NCBI GenBank assembly: GCA_030614005.1
Contig: JAUWKS010000089.1
Location: 1-11,575, forward strand
Reading direction: 5' to 3'
Length of the DNA stretch: 11,575 nt
Origin: Candidatus Heimdallarchaeota archaeon
GTDB taxonomy: Archaea; Asgardarchaeota; Heimdallarchaeia; JABLTI01
Below are positions 1 through 7,691 of the stretch, piece by piece. Under the pieces are notes generated by a model. That model was given only the letters and a program-made list of their open reading frames with translations, did not search any database and was not told where the DNA came from. The translations under genes were made by a program, and so were the position numbers. Every line of letters starts with the position of its first letter. Positions within the stretch are counted from its first letter, which is position 1.

Positions 1-144
1 GTTTAATCTGTTTTTGCTTTCTATTTCCCTTATCTTTCTCATTATATATTCCCTTAATTCCTTACTCCATTCAACTTGATCCTTGTATTTCCTCATTTGT
101 TCTCTCAATTCTTCAGGAAGCTTGACCGACATGGTAGTACCCAT
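1..144 (-). CDS. Ribbon-helix-helix (CopG/VapB-like) antitoxin or small repressor, 3'-truncated by the window edge
   Basis: Hand translation from ATG at 144, open to base 1: MGTTMSVKLPEELREQMRKYKDQVEWSKELREYIMRKIREIESKNRLN. It has the N-terminal beta strand (TTMSVKLP), helix A (EELREQMRKY) and W-S-x-E-L-R-E-Y-I helix B typical of archaeal VapB-type RHH antitoxins. An SD-like GGTGAT lies 3 nt before the ATG, and there is a BRE/TATA box at 175-189. Absent from the ORF track because no stop codon falls in the window. Confidence 0.8.
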   Translation of the reverse strand, partial: MGTTMSVKLPEELREQMRKYKDQVEWSKELREYIMRKIREIESKNRLN

Positions 145-174
145 AGTATCACCATATAGTATACTTGTTCGTAT

Positions 175-189
175 TACTTAAATCTTTTC
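175..189 (-). promoter_or_regulatory. Archaeal BRE+TATA promoter of the RHH gene
   Basis: The minus strand reads GAAAAGA-TTTAAGTA, ending about 30 bp upstream of the ATG at 144. Confidence 0.65.
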
Positions 190-229
190 TTGAAAAGAGT
201 GAGTATTAGAGTTATTCTTAAATAGAATT

Positions 230-2041
230 CTAATCTGTAAACACTTCACTTATCTCTGATATCCATTCAGCTGATTGGTGTTTAAAATAGGTCTCATAAA
301 GTTCAGAATAGAGCCCTTTCTTTTTCATCAATTTTTCATGGTTTCCTTCTTCAACTATTTTTCCTTGATCCATCACAATTATTCTATCTGAATTCTTGAT
401 GGTTGTCAATCTATGCGCAATTACAATTGATGTTCTATCAGCTAGTAATTTATCCAACGCTTCTTGAATCTTCCACTCTGTATAGGCGTCTACAGCAGCT
501 GTAGCTTCATCTAATATGAGTATTTTGGGATTAGCTAACAATGTTCTTGCAAAAGAAATCATCTGTCTTTGTCCAGCTGAAAGACCTTTACCTCTCTCAC
601 CTAATTCAGTATCTAATCCATCAGGTAAGGCGTCGATGAATTCTTGAGCAGCAACGATATTGATGACTCTTTCAACTTCTTCTTTGCTAGCTGTAGGATG
701 ACCATAACGGATATTGTCTAAAACTGTCCCACTGAAAAGAAAAACATCTTGACTGACTAAACCTATCTGAGAACGTAAATTATGTAAATCATATTCACGG
801 ATATCAACATCATCTATTTTGATAGACCCTTTGTTAATATCATAAAATCGCATCAATAATGAAGCTATGGTCGACTTACCCGCCCCTGTGTGACCTACAA
901 CGGCTATAGATTCTCCTGATTGTATGTCTAGAGTGATATCTTTCAAAACAGGCACACCTTCTTCATATTCTTGATGAACTTTCTCGAACGAGATATGACC
1001 TTCTATTTTCTTAATTGTTGGATTTTCAGGACTAGTAATTTTTATTTCAGCATCAACGATACTGAAAATTCTCTCCATAGCTGCAAAACCACTTTGGATT
1101 GTTGAGAACTGTGAGGCCACTCTTACAAGCGGATATAAGAATCTATTAAGCAAAAGCAAGAAAAGTAGAATTGTCGAAGCTGTTGCTAAATCACCAAATA
1201 TTAGTGAGCTACCATAGAGAGTTATACCAAAGACTCCGAGGGTACTTATACCATCCATTAGGGGCCAAACACCCATGACTGCAAATGCTCTTTTCTTAGC
1301 ATATTTGAAAGTATCATTGTTAATTACTTCAAATTCCTCTTTGGACTTCTCTTCTCTTCCGAAAGCTTTAGCTATAGATATTCCTGATACGCTTTCTTGG
1401 AAAGAAGCATTCACTGCTCCAATAGCTGCTCTCCAATCGCCTGTCGTCCTTCTTGTTATTCTTCTAAATGTAAGAGCTACTAGAAATACAAACGGAGCCA
1501 TAATAAGTGTAACAAGAGTTAGTCTCCAATTCACAATAAACATCCATCCTAAAACTGTGACTAGAATAAGCAAATTTGAAAAAAATTGTGTAACAACATT
1601 AAGCATGTCTGATAGTTCTTGAGAATCATTTGTTACCCTACTCATTATTTGTCCTGTTGCTTGTTTATCAAAGAACATCAGATCTTGTTCTTGCAAACTG
1701 ATGTATGTTTCAATTTGTATTTGTTTGATAACTTTTTGAGTTACAATGGTGACCATTATCCCCAGAACAACTTGAAGCACCCATAGGAAAAGAGACAGTA
1801 ACACATACCCAATTGCAAAGGGTAAAACAGCTAACCATCCAGCTTCTGTTTCTAGTAAATCGAAAGCATTTTGCACCATAATAGGTGGGAATATTGTTAC
1901 AACAGCTGATGCAATGATACCTATAATAATAAACATCAACAGAGTCTTAAACGGTCCCAAATATCTCAAAAATCTTTTAATCAACTCGATATCAGAATAT
2001 TGTCGATCATAATCAACTTTGGGTCCTAGATTTCGCATCAT
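230..2041 (-). CDS. ABC exporter half-transporter (TMD-NBD fusion), TM288/TmrA-like subunit carrying the catalytic Glu
   Basis: 603 aa with an N-terminal multi-TM domain. Walker A GHTGAGKST, Q-loop LVSQD, non-canonical signature LSAGQ, Walker B ILILDE, D-loop AAVD, H-switch IAHR. Confidence 0.96.
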   Translation of the reverse strand: MMRNLGPKVDYDRQYSDIELIKRFLRYLGPFKTLLMFIIIGIIASAVVTIFPPIMVQNAFDLLETEAGWLAVLPFAIGYVLLSLFLWVLQVVLGIMVTIVTQKVIKQIQIETYISLQEQDLMFFDKQATGQIMSRVTNDSQELSDMLNVVTQFFSNLLILVTVLGWMFIVNWRLTLVTLIMAPFVFLVALTFRRITRRTTGDWRAAIGAVNASFQESVSGISIAKAFGREEKSKEEFEVINNDTFKYAKKRAFAVMGVWPLMDGISTLGVFGITLYGSSLIFGDLATASTILLFLLLLNRFLYPLVRVASQFSTIQSGFAAMERIFSIVDAEIKITSPENPTIKKIEGHISFEKVHQEYEEGVPVLKDITLDIQSGESIAVVGHTGAGKSTIASLLMRFYDINKGSIKIDDVDIREYDLHNLRSQIGLVSQDVFLFSGTVLDNIRYGHPTASKEEVERVINIVAAQEFIDALPDGLDTELGERGKGLSAGQRQMISFARTLLANPKILILDEATAAVDAYTEWKIQEALDKLLADRTSIVIAHRLTTIKNSDRIIVMDQGKIVEEGNHEKLMKKKGLYSELYETYFKHQSAEWISEISEVFTD

Positions 2042-2042
2042 C

Positions 2043-3863
2043 TTAGTTCTCCTCCTTAATTTTCATTGGTGGTAACTCAGAAAATCTTTCGAATAATCTT
2101 CTATAATCGACATTAGTTAGAATTAGATCTTCATGAACACCAAAATCCATTAGATGTCCATTTCTAAGAACCATGATAACATCAGCATTTTTGATAGTTG
2201 CTAGTCTATGAGTAATTATGAAAGTCGTTCTGTTTTTCAGCACGTTAGCTATTGCTGTTTGAATCTTCCTCTCTGTTTCTGCATCAATTGCGCTACTTGC
2301 ATCATCAAGAATAAGTATGGAAGGATCAACTAAGAGGGCTCTTGCTATTGCAATTCTTTGTTTTTGTCCTCCAGAGAGAGTAACACCTCTTTCTCCCACA
2401 ACAGTTTCATATCCTTTATCGAATCCTTCTATAAATTCATGAGCTTGAGCTAGTTTTGCTACTTTCTTAATCTCTTCTAGAGTAGCATTTGGTTTTCCAT
2501 AAGCGATGTTATCTCTTATTGTCTTACTAAACAGAAATATCTCTTGTTCTATCACTCCAATATGCTCTCGGAGATTAGACAAGCACATATCTTTGATGTT
2601 TATTCCATCGATAAATATCTCGCCTTCTGTAGGGTCATATAAACGCATCAGAAGTTTCATTAGAGTAGACTTACCCGATCCTGGGTTTCCAATTATCGCT
2701 ACTGTTGAACCTCCCTTAACCTCTAAACTTATCTTCTCTAAGGAATTCTTTTTACTACTTTCTCCAGTGTATGAGAAGGATACATTGTCAAATTTGATTT
2801 TTCCTTGAACATCTTTCAATTCTACTGGGGATGCAGGTTCTGGTACATATTCTTCTCTTTCCATCATTTCGAATATTCTTTTAGCAGCTGCCATACCTAC
2901 TTGAAACTGTGTTATAGTCCACCCGAACTGCCAAGTTGGCATCATTAAAGTCATCATTAAGAAGACATAAGTTACTAGTTCACCTATACTCAAGTTTCCT
3001 GCTGTCACCTCATAAGAACCCCATAGAAAACTAAGTGCAATAATCAGAACGGTTATTGCTACCGCGTAATATTTTGCCGCTATAATCCCTCTTTGTGTGT
3101 TTATGTCCCGCAGTTTATCAGTCTCAATGTCGAATTCCTTTATCTCATCTTCTTCTTTAACGAAATTTCTTATAACCCTAATTCCTGTTAAACTTTCTTG
3201 CAACCTTGAATTCAGCAATCCATTTTGTTCCATTTGAGCTCTAGAGATTGGTCGTAATTTTTTATTATAATCTCTTATAGCGATGACGTAGAAGGGGAGA
3301 GCTATAAGCAAAAGCGAGGTTAATTTTGGACTTATCCAGATCATTAATGAAACAGAGAATATTAAAGTAAAAGATGCTTCAAATAAGAATTTTATTCCAG
3401 GTGAGATGAATATGTTCATCTGACGAGAATCGTAAGTTGCTCGAGACATAATGTCACCAATCCTTACTCTATCATGAAATTCTTGGCTCTTTTCTAGCAT
3501 ATTTTCATAGAAGTCTTTAGTAACATTTTTTGTTACTTTGTGAGCTAATACTTCATTCACATAACTTTGAGTGAAGTCTGCTCCTGCTCTCACAATGCCT
3601 GCTATTCCAATTAGTATTCCAGTAGCTATTATTCCTTGAAATGCAGGAGCGTTTAATTGAATTATTGACAATCCTGATGAAACAAGGAAGCTGTTTACAG
3701 CTCCTGTTTGTTTGACTAATTCCTCAAAAATGTCTCCTACGAACAATGGTGTTATTGAAACTGTCCCTATGAAAATTATGAGAAATGTCATTAATATTGT
3801 GAATAACTTTTTCTCTTTCATTAGGTGTCTTATAAACCATTTTTTGTAGCTCAAATAGCCCAT
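2043..3863 (-). CDS. ABC exporter half-transporter (TMD-NBD fusion), TM287/TmrB-like subunit with degenerate Walker B
   Basis: 606 aa with an N-terminal multi-TM domain. Walker A GNPGSGKST, Q-loop VIEQE, canonical signature LSGGQ, Walker B ILILDD (Glu replaced by Asp), D-loop SAID, H-switch ITHR. Confidence 0.96.
   Translation of the reverse strand: MGYLSYKKWFIRHLMKEKKLFTILMTFLIIFIGTVSITPLFVGDIFEELVKQTGAVNSFLVSSGLSIIQLNAPAFQGIIATGILIGIAGIVRAGADFTQSYVNEVLAHKVTKNVTKDFYENMLEKSQEFHDRVRIGDIMSRATYDSRQMNIFISPGIKFLFEASFTLIFSVSLMIWISPKLTSLLLIALPFYVIAIRDYNKKLRPISRAQMEQNGLLNSRLQESLTGIRVIRNFVKEEDEIKEFDIETDKLRDINTQRGIIAAKYYAVAITVLIIALSFLWGSYEVTAGNLSIGELVTYVFLMMTLMMPTWQFGWTITQFQVGMAAAKRIFEMMEREEYVPEPASPVELKDVQGKIKFDNVSFSYTGESSKKNSLEKISLEVKGGSTVAIIGNPGSGKSTLMKLLMRLYDPTEGEIFIDGINIKDMCLSNLREHIGVIEQEIFLFSKTIRDNIAYGKPNATLEEIKKVAKLAQAHEFIEGFDKGYETVVGERGVTLSGGQKQRIAIARALLVDPSILILDDASSAIDAETERKIQTAIANVLKNRTTFIITHRLATIKNADVIMVLRNGHLMDFGVHEDLILTNVDYRRLFERFSELPPMKIKEEN
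2051..2055 (-). promoter_or_regulatory. Shine-Dalgarno site embedded in the 3' end of the upstream ABC gene (translational coupling)
   Basis: The minus strand reads AAGGAGGAGAAC-TAA-G-ATG. GGAGG lies 9 nt before the ATG at 2041, and the upstream stop (2043-2045) is 1 nt from the downstream start. Confidence 0.75.
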
Positions 3864-3900
3864 TCCTTTAATCTATTTTTCCAACGATGAAAACTATCTT

Positions 3901-3915
3901 ATTTATAACTTTTCT
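3901..3915 (-). promoter_or_regulatory. BRE+TATA promoter of the ABC operon
   Basis: The minus strand reads AGAAAAG-TTATAAAT, ending about 38 bp upstream of the ATG at 3863. Confidence 0.7.
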
Positions 3916-3940
3916 AACATCTATTTCCTTGATATATAGC

Positions 3941-3952
3941 AGAATTTAAAAA
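3941..3952 (+). promoter_or_regulatory. TATA box of the divergent membrane-protein gene (probably leaderless mRNA)
   Basis: AGAA-TTTAAAAA, with TTTAAA ending about 24 bp before the ATG at 3974. Confidence 0.55.
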
Positions 3953-3973
3953 ACGGGTTGATTTGCTGATTCA

Positions 3974-4483
3974 ATGACAGAGCAAAACTTTTTCAAGAGA
4001 TTTGAGCCTGCTGTCCCCAAATTTTTTCACTACTCTATCGCTGGTTTGATGTGGATAGGAGTTGGGGCAATGTTAATTGTTTTCGCTTCTGAATGGTTAC
4101 ACGATGCTACTGATCAACCTCTTTGGTTAATTATTTTGTTGATTTTTACAGGGGTGGTACTTGCATTTCTCATCTTTTTCTTTGGGTTTTCTAAAATTGT
4201 TAACAAGAACATCAAAAGAATTGTTTCAAAACCAGAAAAGTTCTGCTTATTTGCTTTTATCTCTTGGTCTTCTTATCTAATCATTCTTGTTATGGTAGCT
4301 TTAGGGATTTTATTACGAAATTCACCTATTCCAAAACATTTCCTCGCCGCAATATACATTGGTATAGGAGGAGGATTGGTTTTATCCAGTTCTGGTTATT
4401 TCATCAAAATCTATCAAGATATTAAAGACAAAAAGGGAGATAATCAAGAAGAGTTAGAAAAAATAGAAAACAAGGAAGAATAG
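3974..4483 (+). CDS. Uncharacterised 4-TM membrane protein
   Basis: 169 aa with four hydrophobic segments, a basic cytoplasmic loop (FSKIVNKNIKRI...KFCLFAFISWSSY) and a charged C-tail. From recall, it resembles a widespread bacterial hypothetical family (PAVxK...AGLxW...FSK...K.I.RI...C.F.F..W.SY...M...GI.LR). Confidence 0.85.
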   Translation: MTEQNFFKRFEPAVPKFFHYSIAGLMWIGVGAMLIVFASEWLHDATDQPLWLIILLIFTGVVLAFLIFFFGFSKIVNKNIKRIVSKPEKFCLFAFISWSSYLIILVMVALGILLRNSPIPKHFLAAIYIGIGGGLVLSSSGYFIKIYQDIKDKKGDNQEELEKIENKEE

Positions 4484-4491
4484 TATTCTTC
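4475..4491. repeat. Perfect 8-bp inverted repeat spanning the stop codon at a convergent gene junction
   Basis: GAAGAATA-G-TATTCTTC, read directly. It contains the TAG at 4481-4483. Confidence 0.6.
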
Positions 4492-4496
4492 TCTGA

Positions 4497-5792
4497 TTAT
4501 TTTGGTAATCCTTTCATAGGAGAGAAGTAAACTATTTTCCCGTTTTCAACCATGATTTTACCATCCTTTATTACATGACTGAAATTCTTGTAATTTGTAA
4601 TTTGATTGATATCTTCAAGTGGGTTCTGATTACATATCAATAAATCAGCTAATTTTCCTTCTTCAATAGAACCTATCTTCTCGTCCATCCAGATAGCTCT
4701 AGCCCCTTCTATAGTAGCTGCTTGTAATGCTTGTATTGGAGTCATTCCAACATCCTCAACCATCAATCTAACTTCATTTCCTGTATTCCCATGATAATTT
4801 CCAGGCGTCCCAGCGTCAGTTCCAATAGCTATTTTTACTCCTTTCTCGAAAGCAAGTTTGTGACTGATTTTCATTTGTTTATCTACTTCAATAGTCTTCT
4901 TCTGTACTTCTGGAGGCATGATTTTAATTAATGATGGACTAACTAAGCTCATTGCAGCTGTTTGAGTAGGGATGAGATAGGTTTTATGTTTAACCATGAG
5001 ATCAACAGCTTCTTCATCCAAAAAACTCCCATGCTCAACTGTATCTATGCCAGCTTTGGTTGCTTTGATTATTCCTGCCTTCCCGTGTGCGTGACATGCT
5101 ACATGCATATCATTTCTATGTGCTTCCTCTACAATAGCCTCTAATTCTTCTTCAGTCCACAAAGTGAAACTGACTTTAGATTCAATTCCATGTAAAACTC
5201 CACCAGTTGTAGCTGTTTTAACGAATTGAGCTCCGCGATATTTCAAATCCCTTACAGCGTGTTTTACAGCATCAACTCCAGCTAAAACTTGATCATTTTC
5301 CCTTTCAAAATTAATTATAGGATCTCGTGAAACGGCTTCTTGGTTCCCCCATTGCCATAGACCTTTATCAGTTACTACTAATCTTGGACCAGCGAGCAAT
5401 CCTTGGTCAAGAATCCGACGTAAAGCTGGCGCTACTCCTGGATAGCAACCCGCATCTCTTACACATGTAAAACCTGTTTGTAAGTGTTTTTGTACATTAT
5501 TTAATGCATGATAATGATACATGTCTGTTTTAGTTCTTAGAATCTCTCTTTCAAATTGAGGATTACCCGTTGCGTAAATATGAACATGACATTCTACCAT
5601 TCCAGGCATGACCAACTTACCTGAAGCATTGATAATTTGGTCTCCTTCCTCTTTCTCATAACCATCAGTTGACCCTACCCAGAGAATTGTTCTATCTTTA
5701 ATGACAATGCTCTTGTTTGGAAGAACAGATCCAGAAATAGAATCAAATACATCACCTGATTTGATAACCAGTCTTTTTTCTTGAACAGTCAT
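4497..5792 (-). CDS. Amidohydrolase-superfamily metallohydrolase (prolidase/Xaa-Pro dipeptidase-like, subgroup A type)
   Basis: N-terminal beta-sandwich (LVIKSGDVFD...GKLVMPG), HxH motif ECHVH, putative carboxylated Lys (VKTATTGG), HAHG, EHG and GTDAG. Start moved from 5834 to the ATG at 5792 (MTVQEK) because a BRE/TATA box lies at 5813-5827, inside the longer ORF. Confidence 0.92.
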   Translation of the reverse strand: MTVQEKRLVIKSGDVFDSISGSVLPNKSIVIKDRTILWVGSTDGYEKEEGDQIINASGKLVMPGMVECHVHIYATGNPQFEREILRTKTDMYHYHALNNVQKHLQTGFTCVRDAGCYPGVAPALRRILDQGLLAGPRLVVTDKGLWQWGNQEAVSRDPIINFERENDQVLAGVDAVKHAVRDLKYRGAQFVKTATTGGVLHGIESKVSFTLWTEEELEAIVEEAHRNDMHVACHAHGKAGIIKATKAGIDTVEHGSFLDEEAVDLMVKHKTYLIPTQTAAMSLVSPSLIKIMPPEVQKKTIEVDKQMKISHKLAFEKGVKIAIGTDAGTPGNYHGNTGNEVRLMVEDVGMTPIQALQAATIEGARAIWMDEKIGSIEEGKLADLLICNQNPLEDINQITNYKNFSHVIKDGKIMVENGKIVYFSPMKGLPK

Positions 5793-5812
5793 GATGAAGC
5801 GATGAAGATATA

Positions 5813-5827
5813 ATTTAAAAACTTTGG
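5813..5827 (-). promoter_or_regulatory. BRE+TATA promoter of the amidohydrolase gene
   Basis: The minus strand reads CCAAAGT-TTTAAAT, 21-28 bp upstream of the ATG at 5792. Confidence 0.6.
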
Positions 5828-6020
5828 CGCTCAAATGATATTGAAGCCTCAGTTAAAGGAATTTGGAGAGATGTTATTAGAATTATCAGACTAACTAGAA
5901 ATGTCAAATTATTTGTTTTTCTATATTTCATTTTCAACAAAAAATACTCGTTTCAAACACTTATTAATATATATTAGATTTTTCAGAAATATTTTTAGCA
6001 GTTTGAACAAATGATTAAAT

Positions 6021-6473
6021 ATGGAAGACAAGGAGAAAATACTTAGTAGGATTGAAAAGCTAGAAAAATCAACAAAAATGTTCTTAGATCAACCTAATGA
6101 CATGAAATTGCCTAATGGATGGGGAAAGAGAGAACTCGCAATTCATTTCTTTTCTTGGGATAGTGCATTGGTCGAATTTGCTGAGAATTTAAGACGAGGG
6201 AACATTTTTGATTGGAAAGAAATTCATCCAGATGAATTAGATATAAATGAAGTGAATAAAGGTCATTTGGTAGAGAACAAGGATCTTTCTTTCGCAGAAG
6301 CTATTGAGATATATACTGAAACTAGAATGGAATTAATTGCTACTTATGTTGATATAGTTAACAATCACTTTCAAGATGAGAAATCTTTCACTGATTATTT
6401 TACAATGTGGATGCATGATTTACATCATCTAAAACAAGCTGGAATTGATACAAAAAAACTTGAAGAGAAATAA
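6021..6473 (+). CDS. DinB/YfiT/ClbS-DfsB superfamily four-helix-bundle protein
   Basis: 150 aa, predicted helical. W-G-K-R-E-L-A-I-H-F-F-S-W-D matches the DinB W-x-x-x-D/E-x-x-x-H-x-x-x-W motif. It also has EVN...ENKDLSFAEA and a C-terminal HxxxH (HDLHH). Putative metal triad H42/H132/H136. Confidence 0.7.
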   Translation: MEDKEKILSRIEKLEKSTKMFLDQPNDMKLPNGWGKRELAIHFFSWDSALVEFAENLRRGNIFDWKEIHPDELDINEVNKGHLVENKDLSFAEAIEIYTETRMELIATYVDIVNNHFQDEKSFTDYFTMWMHDLHHLKQAGIDTKKLEEK

Positions 6474-6485
6474 ACTCTTCTTTTT
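6462..6485 (+). terminator. Hairpin plus U-tract, candidate terminator at a convergent junction
   Basis: GAAGAG-AAATAAA-CTCTTC followed by TTTTT. The stop codon TAA (6471-6473) sits in the loop. Confidence 0.55.
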
Positions 6486-6878
6486 CTAAATTGTTTGTGT
6501 TTGTGTTTTTGTTTGTCCTACAAGTGATAAAATCCCACCAACAAAAACAAATATTCCTCCGGTTCCACCAGTAATAACACCTATTACTATAAGAACAACA
6601 GCTAACCACACGGTATCTTTAATCCAAGGACCAGTTCTGGTTTTTTTCTGTAACCAATCCCAAATTAGAAATAAGACCAAAACTCCTAAGATTAGTGTAA
6701 TCAGTCCATTTAGCCATAAGATACTTGTAAATGCGAGAAAAGATATGCTCCCCACAGCTTTTAAGGCATTTACACCTTCAGCTATAATTAATAATATACC
6801 TTGAACAACAAGGATAAATCCTCCAATCAAGGCGTTGATATGACCACAAGTTGAACCACAGATTTTAATATTTGACAT
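6486..6878 (-). CDS. Small Gly-rich 4-TM membrane protein of unknown function
   Basis: 130 aa with four hydrophobic stretches containing GG motifs (LIGGFILVVQG; ITGGTGGIFVFVGGIL) and an N-terminal CxxxC (CGSTC). TATA box TTTATATA at 6900-6907. Confidence 0.8.
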   Translation of the reverse strand: MSNIKICGSTCGHINALIGGFILVVQGILLIIAEGVNALKAVGSISFLAFTSILWLNGLITLILGVLVLFLIWDWLQKKTRTGPWIKDTVWLAVVLIVIGVITGGTGGIFVFVGGILSLVGQTKTQTQTI

Positions 6879-6899
6879 AAATAATATTTTGAATTGGTC

Positions 6900-6907
6900 T
6901 ATATAAA
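6900..6907 (-). promoter_or_regulatory. TATA box (probably leaderless mRNA)
   Basis: TTTATATA on the minus strand, 22-29 bp upstream of the ATG at 6878. Confidence 0.6.
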
Positions 6908-6943
6908 TATGAAGTTCTTAATCTATTTAGTTTTTCTTGAGCA

Positions 6944-7591
6944 TTATTTCTTGCCAAAGTTCAACTGGTAAGAAAACCAATTTCCATACTCTTCCTTTAG
7001 AATTAAACCAGCTTCCTCTGCCCATTTCTTCTCTGTTCTTCGTAAAGGATAATCTGGGTCTATAAATAACTCGCATAAGGAAATTGTTCCTCCTGGTTTG
7101 AGTATGCGTTTGAATTCCTTCAAAACCTTTGCAGGTTTTGGTATCTCAGGTAAACAGGCAATTGCAAAGATTATATCAACGGAATTATCTTCAAAGCCAA
7201 GATTATATGCATCATCTAGTTTAGGGATGATATTCTTTATACCTTCTTCATCAATCCTCACTTGTAGTTTATCAAGAATGGGTTGCTGAATATCAATTGC
7301 ATAAACTATCCCTTCTGGTTCTATCCTCTTTGCTACAGCTTTTGTGTAAGACCCTTTTCCTGGCCCTACTTCAAGTACAATTGCTCCTGGAGCAGTGCCC
7401 ATCCTTTGGGCTATTTGATCAGGTTTTTGAATATATTTTCTTCTTACAGGATTATCAATAATTTCTGTCATAAAATGAGGTATTGGGAAAGGATATATTC
7501 TTCGTGCAATTTTAGCAATGACGAAAATCCAGATAATAAGAAATAGTGGAATACTTAGAATAATAAGAAAAATCAACAGAACTGTGTTCAT
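6944..7591 (-). CDS. Class I SAM-dependent methyltransferase with N-terminal membrane anchor
   Basis: 215 aa with a hydrophobic N-terminal helix. Motif I VLEVGPGKG, acidic end of beta-2 (AIDIQ), DAYNLGFEDNSVD, and LKEFKRILKPGG. Confidence 0.92.
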   Translation of the reverse strand: MNTVLLIFLIILSIPLFLIIWIFVIAKIARRIYPFPIPHFMTEIIDNPVRRKYIQKPDQIAQRMGTAPGAIVLEVGPGKGSYTKAVAKRIEPEGIVYAIDIQQPILDKLQVRIDEEGIKNIIPKLDDAYNLGFEDNSVDIIFAIACLPEIPKPAKVLKEFKRILKPGGTISLCELFIDPDYPLRRTEKKWAEEAGLILKEEYGNWFSYQLNFGKK

Positions 7592-7613
7592 ATAGCGAAA
7601 AAGGAAAAACTGA

Positions 7614-7625
7614 ATTTAAATATAT
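7614..7625 (-). promoter_or_regulatory. TATA box of the methyltransferase gene
   Basis: The minus strand reads ATATATTTAAAT, with TTTAAA 24-29 bp upstream of the ATG at 7591. Confidence 0.5.
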
Positions 7626-7691
7626 CCAAAAGTATTTAGTCAACCAAAAATTTGTAAGAAAGACAAATCAGCTCCACTCTTCAGTCCTATT

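Noticed and set aside
1275-2808. Plus-strand ORFs 1275-1622 and 2506-2808
   Set aside because: They lie entirely antisense to the well-supported ABC genes, have no recognisable motifs, and are typical shadow ORFs.
4731-5144. Plus-strand ORFs 4731-4931 and 4962-5144
   Set aside because: Antisense shadows of the amidohydrolase with no motifs or promoter.
5793-5834. 14-codon N-terminal extension of the amidohydrolase (MSAKVFKLYLHRFI)
   Set aside because: It overlaps the BRE/TATA box at 5813-5827, and the family-like sequence starts at Met 5792.
6400-6609. Minus-strand ORF of 69 aa
   Set aside because: It overlaps two better-supported genes in alternative frames and has atypical composition.
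7098-7546. Plus-strand ORFs 7098-7289 and 7283-7546
   Set aside because: Antisense shadows of the methyltransferase.
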